Shown here: positions 38,365-48,962 of the stretch, piece by piece
Layout of the letters: each line of letters starts with the position of its first letter
Numbering within the stretch: the stretch's first letter is position 1
DNA from: Lama glama
Taxonomy: Eukaryota
Direction of reading: 5' to 3'
Assembly (NCBI GenBank): GCA_028534125.1
Contig: CM052816.1
Coordinates: forward strand, 54,624,001-54,688,000
Length of the DNA stretch: 64,000 bases
Notes under the pieces: model-generated
What the model saw: only the letters and a program-made list of their open reading frames with translations
Database searches by the model: none
Told to the model about the DNA's origin: nothing
Program-made: the position numbers and the translations under genes

Positions 38365-39667
38365 TAGGCATACCTCAGAGATACTGTGAGTCCGGTTCCA
38401 GACTACTGCAATAACATGAATATCCAATAAAGCAAGTCACACAAATTGTCTGGTTTCCCAGTGCATATAAAAGTTATGTCTACACTATCCTGTAGTCTAT
38501 TAAGTGTGCAACAGCATCATGTCTTTAAAATACCATGTACATACCTTAATGAAAAAATACTTATTGCTTGTTCATAGCAGCAGTATATACAATAGCCAAG
38601 ACATGGAAGCAACCTAAATGTCCATTGACAGATGACTGGATAAAGAAGTTGTGGTATATTTATACAATGGAATACTACTCTGCCATAAAGAAGAATAAAA
38701 TATTGCAATTTGCAGCAACATGGATGGACCTAGAGATTGTCATTCTAAGTGAAGTAAGCCAGAAAGAGAAAGAAAAATACCATATGATAACAGTCATATG
38801 CAGAATCAAAAGAAGAAAGAAAGAAAAAGAACACTATGAACTCATCTACAAAACAGAAATAGACTCACAGACACAGTAAACAATCTTATGGTTACTGAGG
38901 AAAGAGGGTGGGAAGGGATAAATTTGGGAGTTTGAGATTTGCAAATGTCAGCTGCTATATATAAAAATAGATTTAAAAAAACAAGTTTCTTCTGTATAGA
39001 ACAGGGAACTATATTCAATATCTTGTAATAACCTTTAATGAAAATGAATATGGGAACAAATATATGTATGTATATGCATGACTGGGACATTCTGCTGTAC
39101 AGCGAACATTGACACACTGTAACTGACTGTACTTCAGTTAAATAAATAAATAAAATTAAAAACTTATTGGTGAAAAAATGCTAATCATCATCTGAACCCT
39201 CAGTGAGTCATAATCTTTTTGCTGGTGGAGGGTCTTGCCTCAGTGTTGATGGCAGCTGACTGATCAGGGTGGAGGTTGCTGAAGGTTGGGGTGGCTGTGG
39301 CCATTTCCTAAAATAAGATGACAATGAAGTTTGCATCCTTGACTGACTATTCCTTTCACTTATGCATTCTCTGTAGCCTACAATGCTATTTGATAGCATT
39401 TTACCTATAATAGAACTTCTTTCAAAATTAGAGTTCATCTTCTCAAACCCTGCAGCTACTTTAACAACTAGGTTTAAGTAATATTCTTCTGTCACTTTCA
39501 TAATCTTCACAGCATCTTCACCGAGTTGATTTCATCTCAAGAACCACTTTCTTTGTTCATCCATAAGAGGCACCTCCTCATCCATTAAAGTTTTATCATG
39601 AGGTTGCAGCAATGCAGTCACATCTTCAGGCTCCACTTCTAATTCTAGTTCTCTTGCTATTTTTACC
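38365..39667 (-). mobile_element. Tigger1 3' portion (transposase C-terminus remnants), interrupted by L1
   Basis: TIR aggcatacctcagagatactg...ggttccagact; minus-strand ORFs 39208..39510 and 39532..39771 read as Tigger1 transposase (ELELEVEPEDVT, NFERSS, PQPPQPSAT). Confidence 0.9.
38569..39160 (+). mobile_element. Young L1 3' fragment inserted in Tigger1
   Basis: [21 protein letters not shown] core ACTTATTG at 38559-38566 and 39162-39169. Confidence 0.92.
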
Positions 39668-39811
39668 AGGGCTGTTTCTTGTTTGTTTTTAATTTGTCTT
39701 CTTCTGCACATACACACACACACACAAAGTCTCCAACTTAAGGAGTGAAATGTCAGATTCACGTGTGCCAATATCAGTACACGTATAAAATTTGCAAAAT
39801 GTATTCATTTT

Positions 39812-40326
39812 TTGCTCTTTCTCAACTCCATCTTTGCGGTAGCGGCAGTGGTGGCCATGGTTCGGTCGCCAAAGAGCAGCTCTTTGTCCGTGCCCAGGAG
39901 CTACACACTCTCGAGGTGACCAGCCAGGAGACCGTCACCCAGATCAAGGCTCATGTAGCCTCACTGGAGGGCATCGCCCCAGAAGATCAAGTCATGCTTC
40001 TGGCAGGCACGCCCCTAGAGGATGAGGCCACCCTGGGCCAGTGTGGGGTGGAGGCTCTGAGCACTCTGGAAGTAGCCAGCTGCGTGCTTGGAGGTAAAGT
40101 CCATGGTTCCCTGGGCCGTGCTGGGAAAGTAAGAGGTCAGACTCCCAAGGTGGCCAAACAAGAGAAAAAGAAGACAGGCCAGGCCAAGAGATGTATGCAG
40201 TACAACCGGCGCTTTGTCAATGTTGTGCCCACCTTTGGCAAGAAGAAGGGCCCCAATGCCAACTCTTAAGTCCATTGTAATCCTGGTGTTTCTCTAATAA
40301 AGCCACTTAGCCCCCCCCCCCCGCCA
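39812..40326 (+). pseudogene. FAU: Processed FAU (ubiquitin-like FUBI + ribosomal protein eS30) retrocopy
   Basis: Intronless, with a 5'TOP-like start (ctctttctc), full FUBI-GG-eS30 frame to TAA 40269 and AATAAA at 40296-40301. TSD GTATTCATTTT at 39801-39811 and 40332-40342. Native ATG position reads GAG (39874-39876); 2-Lys in-frame deletion. Confidence 0.93.
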
Positions 40327-41957
40327 AAAAAGTATTCATTTTCCAAGACATTAAGTGTATGTTAATACTGTATGGAAAGACGGCCTCTAAACTTGAAGCT
40401 GCTTAGGTGAACTTCAGGATTTTACAATTTTCTTGGGCCTTAACTTTCAATTATCCTTTGCTCATACCAATATGTGATGACCAAATTTCTACCATTGGAA
40501 ATTTCTAGTAGGGATGTTTGCTAATAACCCCTTTAAAAGATTGTTTCTTGCTTATCCTTGTGGAGCTCCAGCGTCCAGCACAGGATAACTTGCTCTCTCT
40601 CAGTGAAGGGGCAGATGGCTCTGTTATTTGGTGGTGCTTCAGCTGTCCAGTGGAAAAGCTTTATAATGCTGGTGATGTGAGCAAAGAAAATCCTTGGCCT
40701 TCTCAAGATAGGTTCACTTCAAAAAACATGTGCTTAACTCCTCTAATTTGTGGGTGCTGTGCTAGGTGCTAGGCTGAGAAACACAAGCAGAACAAAGCAA
40801 AGGAGGATGTGGTAAAAGGAAAGTGTGGCTGAAAAGTGGCTTCAGTTGTTGTTAAGAGTGGGGTAAGGGAGAAATAAAGACATGCAAAGCTGAAGTAGTG
40901 GAAATTCTCCAATAAAACTGAAATTGAACTGAGAAAAAAGTGGCTCTTTGAATATAGTTTTAATTGCAGTCTACAAATTTTTAATGTGGCTTGCAGGCTG
41001 TTGGAATTGTAATTTTCAACTGCCTTCAAAAATGGAGATTTAAAATAATGTCTGGTCTCACTGAACAAGTTTGATATCTCAGTTGCTCTTGGGTCAATTG
41101 GCTTATAGACTACTTTCACACACACACACACATTTCTTATTAGATTTTCAATTTCCTAATTTGATTCTACTGATAATGCTTAATATCCAAGATTCATACT
41201 ACTGTACCACAGATTTGTTTTCATAGCAGTAAGTCTTCTTTTTGATTCCACTCAAAACAAACAAGCAAACAAACATAGCACTTTCTTCTATAACTGTTCA
41301 TCATTAAATCATCAGAAATGAGATTAAAGTATAAAGAAGAACTTGTAATCGCCTATAATGCCACCATCCGTGGTGAACGTTTTGGTGGGTTTCCTTCCAG
41401 GCTCTCCCCTAGGTAGATGTACCGGGATATTGGAATTTTGGCTGAGATCTCAAGATAATAGATGCTACATTCCAAAGGAAAGTTGGCAAACACAATGTAA
41501 GACTTGCAAAAAGAGATGGTAGAAACTCAGAGTGCGCCCTTAGCTGATACCCACCTCCAGCAGGTGACAAACATCAAAGAAGATGAGGAGATGGGAATCC
41601 GAGAAGAAGATTCCTGGGATGGGTCAGTCAAATGCTGAGGCCCACACTCCTCTGGTGACCAAAGACCTCTTTCTTTCCTCCGGAGAGCAGGAGAAGTCCT
41701 TTCCTCAGGGATAATTCCCTTTCTCTTGACATTTTCCTTGGAGGCTTCTCACATAATTAACTTAATAGCTCAGGCTCTTGAAAACAAAAGCTAGAAAAGG
41801 AAGTGGTTTCCAGGCAACTTTTGATTTCTACACCATTACAGGCTTTCCCTTTGTAAGGAAGCCTTTCTCTTCTTGACTGGAATAAAGAAAATGAAAAATT
41901 GCAAGTAGAAACAAAGAAATATCTTAAAAACTCACATTATAGCACTTTTTAAAAACA

Positions 41958-42281
41958 ATAAATGCTGGAGAGGGTGTTAGAAAAGGGAACCCTAAAAAAA
42001 AAAAAAAAAGAAAAAGAAGAAAAGAAAAGGAACCCTCCTACACCACTGGTGGGACTGCAGTTTGGTGCAGCCATTATGGAAAACAGTATGGAGATTCCTC
42101 AAAAAAACTAAAAATAGACTTACCATATGATCCAGCAGTCCCACTCCTGGGCATATATCCAGAGGGAACTCTAATTTGAAAAGATACATGCACCTCAATG
42201 TTCATAGCAGCACTATTTACAACAGCCAAGACATGGAAACAACCTAAATGTCATCAACAGACAACTGGATAAAGATGTGGT

Positions 42282-42323
<42 letters not shown>

Positions 42324-42790
42324 GGGAATACTACTCAGCCATAAAAAAGAATAAAACAATGCCACTTGTAGCAACATGGATGGACGTGGAAATCATTTTA
42401 AGTGAAGTAAGCCATAAAGAGAAAGAAAAATACCATATGATATTACTCATATGTGGAATCTCAAAAAAAAAAGGACACAGATGAATTTATTTACAAAACA
42501 GAAACAGACTCACAGACATAGAAAATAAATTTTTAGTTACTAGGGGGGAAGAGGGTAGGAAGGGATAAATTGGGAGTTGGAGATTCGCAGATATCAACTA
42601 CTAAATATAAAATAGATATTTAACAAGGACCTACTATATAGCACAGGGAACTATATTCAATATCTTGTACTAATCTATAATGAAAAAGCATGTGAAAATG
42701 AATATATATATGTATGACTGAAACATAATCCATATTCCAGAAATTGACACAATATTGTTAACTGACTATACTTCAATTAAAAAAGAAGAA
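41958..42790 (+). mobile_element. Young L1 3' fragment
   Basis: aaatgctggagagggtg...gacttaccatatgatccagcagtcccactcc...actgactatacttcaattaaaaaag. Confidence 0.92.
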
Positions 42791-43048
42791 AAAAACATAC
42801 TAGTATCATACCAAACATCCTGTTGTTTAAAGTTAACATTATATAGTGGACACTTTCCATTAGAGTAAATGAAAAAAAAATAGAGTAAATGGTCTTTGAA
42901 AACGTAGGTGTAATGACTGCATAGTGTTCCATTTCTTGAAAAGAAATTCTGAGAAAGCTGAAGAAGTCAAGGGAAAAATATCCTTTTCCAGTAGCAGGCA
43001 GCTCATGGCATCAGCTTCTGCAGCTTATGGGTTTTATCCAGCATACTC

Positions 43049-43110
43049 TCCTGGGTTCAATCCCCAGTACTTCCATTAAAATAAACAAACAAACCTAATT
43101 ATGCCCCCCA
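43049..43110 (+). mobile_element. 5'-truncated Vic-1-like SINE
   Basis: cctgggttcaatccccagtacttccattaaaataaacaaacaaacctaatta. Confidence 0.8.
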
Positions 43111-44424
43111 AAACCCCTACTGTTTTAAGATTCCAAATTTTAGGGGAATATTTAGAAACAAAAACTGCTCTAAGTAAAAAAGAAAAAATACACAAAATCC
43201 TACAATGATTTCCCGTAACATTCAGGATAAATTGCAAATTTTTCACATGAGCACCCAAGGCCCTTTTCTGATTCAGAGCCCTGTCTATTTCTCCAGCCCC
43301 ATCTCCTGCTCTTGCACACCCCGCACCCTAGGGTGCCCCAGACCACTGGGATTCATTCCCCCCAACATGTCCTGTTGCTTCATACCCATGTGACTTTGCC
43401 AAAGTTCTCTCTTTAACATCCTTCCCCCATTTCTTTGCTTCTGGAAAACTCTCCTTAATGCCACTATTCATAAGGGAAACTAAAGTCTGTTTTTGCTTTT
43501 GTTGAATGCTTTCTAGCTGTGTGTACTGTCAGCCACATCTCAAACCCAGAGCCCCAAGCAGACACAGGTTATTGTCTTCTATAATCCTTGTCTTCCAATA
43601 ATGGCATTGGGAAAACGTTAAACGTCAGAATGTGCTAATTCAGAGATGACCCTTGAGTGTTGGTTAAAGTTGATTTAAACTCAAGCAAATGCAAAGCCGG
43701 TACCTCTGGGTAGAGAAAAAATCAGTTTTGCCTCCTACAAACTTATTAGAAGTAACTAACACACACACAAAAGAAAGGCTCTCCTTTACTCGAAAAGAGC
43801 TTTCGGTGCAACATCTAATTCTTATTCATTTGAAACGTAATTTGACACATAAATTGCTTTTCCTCACTTTTGATCGATTTTTCAAAACACCTTGAAATGA
43901 ACATTGTTTTCCCATTTATTTTTCTCTGTTGAGAATGTCCTTCCTTGAATAGAATGTGAGGAGATTTTTGCATTTACTTTTCATGATTTAGTTAGCTCAT
44001 TTTAGAATATGTAAACTTTGGACCAAATTAAACGAAAAATTTAAGGCCCCTGAGAAATATTCAGTCCTTCCTTTGCATAAGTAGTACGCCTTCTTGTAAG
44101 AAAAAAAGCCCAGACAACTCTGAAATGTATTCCACTTTTTCCTTTTCATTTTTTCATCCACACTGTTGAGAGATAGGAGTAAATAAATAACAAGAGTATA
44201 CATTTCTTTTCTAGAATGTGCTGATTTCTAAATTCTGTCTTATCTGCTCAAAACTGGCTTAAGGGAGATGAAAAATACTGCATTGAAAGAAAAAAGTGGC
44301 AGGTCTTAGCACTAGAAAATCAACAACTGGCAAGTTCTTTCGTTTGTTTATTAAATATTTATCATGCACCTACTATGGGCCAGGTAGGGAGGTAGGCACC
44401 TCTGTAAGCAAAATCACTTGGATC

Positions 44425-45700
44425 GAGGTCATTAATGTTACTAATGATCTCTATCTTTGCAAACCCAAAGGTCAGTTCTCTGTTCTCAACTTACTCCTCC
44501 TCTCAGTGGATTTCACCCTCCTTCCTTCTCCAAAGACTTGCATCTCTGGGCTTCTGAAGCACACGCTTGCCTGTTTTTCCTTCTAACCTCCTGGCCATGC
44601 CTTTGCTCTATCACTGGCTGGCTCCTCTTTCTCCTGAAAGCTAACTTTTGGGCCTTTCTTCTTCTCTAATCCACATTCTCATCCTAAGTGATCTCTCGTT
44701 CTGTGGTTTAACATCATCTAGATGCTAATGACTCCCAATTCTGTTATCTCCAGTCCCCTCTTTTCCCTGAGCTCTAGACCAGATCCTACATCCAACCATC
44801 CATGTGATATCTCCACTTGGATGTCCAATAGGGATTTCAAGCAGAACAATTCCCCCCCATTTTTCCCACACAAAGCTGCCCCTACCTCAGTCTTTCCCAT
44901 TTGGTAAATTGTATCATTTGCTTGACCAAAAGTCTAAACGGTAGGAATTGCATTCGGCTGCATGTAACAGAATCCAACTTAACCAGAGAGCAATTTTGTT
45001 TGTTTGTTTTCACATAAGAAGACCAGAGGCAGGCAGACCAGGGCTGGACAGTGGTTCCTCAAAACCAACGATGTTCCGGCTCCTTCCATCTTTTTTCTTC
45101 ACTGTCCTCATGGTTGCAGGATGGCAGCCCCACCTCCAGGCTCACATCCACATGTCAACGGAAAGAAAAGGAATGAATTAACAAGGTCAAGGGCACAGAA
45201 CTTATATGGGAATAGCAAACCATTTCCAGAAATTCTAAGCAGACTCCTGCTTATCTCTCAGTGTCCAGAACTGGGTTACAAGCTCCACTTTAGATGCAAG
45301 AGAGGCTGGGAAATCCAGCTTTTCAGCTGAGCACAGTGCTACCCCACACAAATCAGGGTTTGATATATGGAAGAAAGGTAGACTGGATACGATAGGCAAT
45401 AGCGGCACCCACTCTATCGTCCTGGACTGCGCGCTCCTAACTTTCATCACAAATCCCTCGGCAAGTCCTGCCAGTCCCACCTCCTGAAGACCTAGCAAAT
45501 TCAACCACTTCTCTTCATCTCCATTGCTCAGAGTCTGGCCTGAGATAACAGCATCTCTCACTCAGACCACAGCACATGGCCTCCGACCTGGTCACCTCTT
45601 CCACACTTGCCCTCTCTCTGGCCCTTTCTTCACACTGTAGCTGTGTACTTAAAAGTACGAATGTAATCACATCACTCCCTTTGTTAAATTCTCCAAAGGA
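44425..45700 (+). mobile_element. LINE-2 fragments with an old MaLR-like insertion (~44935-45395)
   Basis: L2 blocks (atctccacttggatgtccaatagg; ccacttctcttcatctcca) flank a block with MLT1J/K-like motifs (gcaagagaggctgggaaatccagctttt). Confidence 0.6.
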
Positions 45701-46201
45701 TCTGTTATAGCGTGATTTCCCCTAAGCAGACCCAAGACAAGCTGTTTATCTGAGAGGTGCAGGACACACAGGGTGGGACTATGAAGCGAGACCAGGGAGG
45801 GCAGGCGGCCTGGGGAAGGTGTGGTACCTCGCCATCCTCCCCAAGGGCCACTGCAGCTCAGCCCAGGGGAAGCACTGGGAAACGGTGTAAAACCCTTGCT
45901 TCAGAATTACACCACCCCAGGGGCAGGGAGGATTTATGTACCAGCCCCAAAGGTTGCTGGTCTCACTCTCTTGGCTTGAGCACCCAACCCTGAACCTACC
46001 CCTTCCCTGACCTGATTCACCGCAAAGCCGGCACTTCCTTCCACTTATTAACCTTTCTGTTTACAGACCTTCACAGTTTCTTCTGTTTGAAGCAGAATCA
46101 TAAGAGGGTGCAAGAGTCACTTTATTTCTTTAATAGGATAAGAAGTTCAAAATACAATTTAAGGATGATGGGTGTTCACCTTAGAAATTTACTAAGTTCT
46201 A

Positions 46202-46496
46202 TTAACAAAATAGAAACAGACTCACAGACATAGAAAACAAACGTATGGTTACCAAAGGGGAAAGGGCAGGGAGGAATAAATTAGCAGTTTGGGATTAACA
46301 GACACACACTACTATATACATAATAGATAAACAACAAGGTTCTACTGTATAGCAAAGGATCTACATTCAATAGCTCATAATAACCTGTAATAAAAAAGAA
46401 CGAAAAAGAATAGATATATGTGTATAACTGAATCACTATGTTGTACACTAGAAACCAACACAGCATTAAAAATCAACTATACTTCAATAAGAAAAA
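46202..46496 (+). mobile_element. Young L1 3' end with 19-bp TSD, just downstream of the S100Z stop
   Basis: TSD agaaattt(a/g)ctaagttcta at 46183-46201 and 46497-46515. Confidence 0.92.
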
Positions 46497-46796
46497 AGAA
46501 ATTTGCTAAGTTCTAGTCTCATTCTAAAGTAGTTAAATTTCTGTGATGTTCTCTTTGATAGACAAAAAATGCATATAACATCTTTAATAATACAGGAAAA
46601 TGTCAAGTAGGGTGTATAAGGCTTGGAATATTTCTTTAAAGGCAATATATTATGGTATATATCACCTGATGATACTAGCAACTAATTATGTGCGTATGGT
46701 ATCTGCATATGGCATTACTGTGATGGCGGGTATAGATGAATGGTGAGTGAACAACTTTGGATATATTTCTGCTTTAGATTAGCTAACTACTTGTCT

Positions 46797-46955
46797 TTAC
46801 TTTCCTTTCTTCTTCAATTGTTCTACAAAGTAATCATTACAAGCAACTGTGAGAGCTGCCACCATGACCACGAATTCATTAAAATCCACTTCGTTGTCCT
46901 TATTGGCATCCAGGTCCTGCATTATCTTATCAACCAACTCGGGATCCTTTCGGCA
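46797..46955 (-). CDS. S100Z: S100Z second coding exon ([52 protein letters not shown]; canonical EF-hand)
   Basis: Translated by hand. tcttcttctttttag| acceptor, intact [12 protein letters not shown] loop, TAA at 46799-46797; 99 aa in total. Confidence 0.95.
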   Translation of the reverse strand, partial: CRKDPELVDKIMQDLDANKDNEVDFNEFVVMVAALTVACNDYFVEQLKKKGK

Positions 46956-47460
46956 CTAAAAAGAAGAAGAAAATTTCTAACTCCCAGGCTTTGAGGTTCA
47001 TAATGACAACTGAAATCTCATCTTCCTTTTAGCTACATGAAAGTTTTTAGTTCCATTTTTAGCCTCTAAGGCAATTTCCAAGAGCCTCTTTGCAGGTAGG
47101 TGAGAACCAGGCACACATTCTAAATGCGGCTAGGCCTTGGCCCCAGGGCCATACAATCCTGTCTCAAACCAAAACACCAAGAGGAGCAAACAGCAGCACA
47201 TCTAAGTGAGCAGCTTGTGCTGAACATGCATTTACATCATAGGCCAAGGGGCCAGGCTGGGGGTGGGGGGCAGGCGGGACATGGAAAGCTGGAAGCTTTG
47301 AAGCCAAAAGGGACAGTGAGTGGCTCTGCCCTTTGCCAACAATGGGATGTGGAGGAAATCACTTAACAATTTTAAAGTTCCTTATTTATCAAAAGGGGAG
47401 AATTATATTTCCCCACAAATTTGGAACACACTTCAACACACTTTGGAAAGTGCTTAGCAC

Positions 47461-47593
47461 CAGGTTGTTAGAATTAGCAAATAAAAATACAGGACAGTTG
47501 GTTAAATGTAAAACTTTCAGATGAATGATGAATACTCTCTGAGTTTGAGGCCCCAACATTGCATGGAACATACAATATTTTATCTGGCACCAC
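47461..47593. mobile_element. MER53-like hAT MITE in the S100Z coding intron
   Basis: ttagcaaataaaaatacaggac...gttaaatgtaaactttcagat...cattgcatggaacatac...tattttatctggca. Confidence 0.7.
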
Positions 47594-48821
47594 GCCTGAC
47601 ACACAAAAACAGGGGCACCCAATAAAGGGGAGATCTTATAAGGGAGACACCATTTTATCAGGAGGAAGGAGAGGAAGGAACCCAAAGAGGAGATCAGCGT
47701 TCAGAAAGGGTGGGATTGTGAAGCCCCCACCTTCCCTGCGATTGGTTGATGAGAAATGTTTCCAAAAGTGTAGTTCATTTCCTCCAGGAATTCCCCACTG
47801 TCCCCTCATTAGTTGCCAAGCATTTAATAGCTGGAAACTTAAATTGAATTGCTCAAAATCAAGTCAATCAAAAACAATGATAAACTTCTCTTGAATAAAT
47901 TGATGTGCCAAATTTGACCTACTGAGTCCTGGACTCCAAATGTTACATAAGACCATAGCCAAACTGAATTTGGGGGGAAAAAAAACCCAACAGTCCAGGG
48001 GACTCCTAAAGTTACTTAAAAGGTATTGTAAGGAATTATTATGTTAAAATTTTTAAATTTTAGTTTCTTCTTATAGAGGGTAGGAGAAAAGAGGGTCATA
48101 ATTACAATTCCTATTGTCTTAGTACTGGGTTTGAACAGAGTAACATCACGCCAGGCTACTACAAGTGCTAAAAATCAATTCAAGGCCGCTCTATACATCC
48201 CAGAGTAAGCATTTTTCTCAGAGAAGGCTCCAAACACCCCATTGTAAGGATCCACGTGTGGATGTGTTGAACTCCCAGCTGTTTTGGGAGGTAAACCTGT
48301 TTGCTACCCAACTGGTCCCTGGCCAGACATACCATTGCCAGCAATCCCAGCCAGCTTGTGCTTGGCTAACAAACTCTCCAGGTATTTGTCCTTCACTAGA
48401 AAATTTGCCACCACAGCATAAAGTACCCCAGGCTTCATTTCTGGCCCCAATAGCACTATTTATTCATTTACAGACAGCTGGACAGAGCTCCAGGTATAAC
48501 TCGTGTCACTAGTTGTAATTCTAACTCCTGGTGCAACTAGATATATCTTTGATGGCTGCACCAGGATGTTGAATACTTCTTGAAAGCCTCAAATATCTCT
48601 TATCACACCTGGAAACTCTAACTACAGCACGACAGGAAAGGGCACATGCCTCCAGGCACAGAAAACAAAAAAGATCTCTAGTTTTTGCGTCCCTGTATTT
48701 TGCATCTCGATAGAAATTATACTGTGCGTGTGGCAGAACACAGGAGACTACATACACAGAGGCCATGCCAGGACCTGCGCCACATCCACCCTCGATTGGA
48801 TGGGGAGAAAAGCCGACTCAC

Positions 48822-48962
48822 CGAGAGGAAGTCCGTGAGCTCTTGCTGCAGGAGCATTTTCAGCTCCCCCTTGTTAAGCTTGAACCTGTCCCCTTCCCTG
48901 CAGGAATAGCGGTGGAAGATCATGATCATGGTGTTCATGGCAATCTCCAGCTGGGTGGGCAT
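48822..48962 (-). CDS. S100Z: S100Z first coding exon (MPTQLEIAMNTMIMIFHRYSCREGDRFKLNKGELKMLLQQELTDFLS; pseudo-EF-hand)
   Basis: ATG at 48962, 141 nt to the TCG|GTGAGT donor. S100 N-terminal motif, and synteny with CRHBP. Likely acceptor cctag| with the exon starting at 49026. Confidence 0.95.

Noticed and set aside
18495..38400. Two inverted Tigger1 ends that might bracket a 20-kb composite transposon
   Set aside because: Both are the same end and their outer edges face the intervening DNA, the wrong geometry for a composite element; independent old fragments.
39208..39771. Transposase-like ORFs as a domesticated TIGD gene
   Set aside because: Only a fragmented C-terminal portion in separate short ORFs, within a truncated element interrupted by L1.
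46740..46994. Plus-strand ORFs over the S100Z exons (also 48765..49058) and CRHBP exon 7 (4642..5010)
   Set aside because: Antisense shadows of real minus-strand exons with no independent support.
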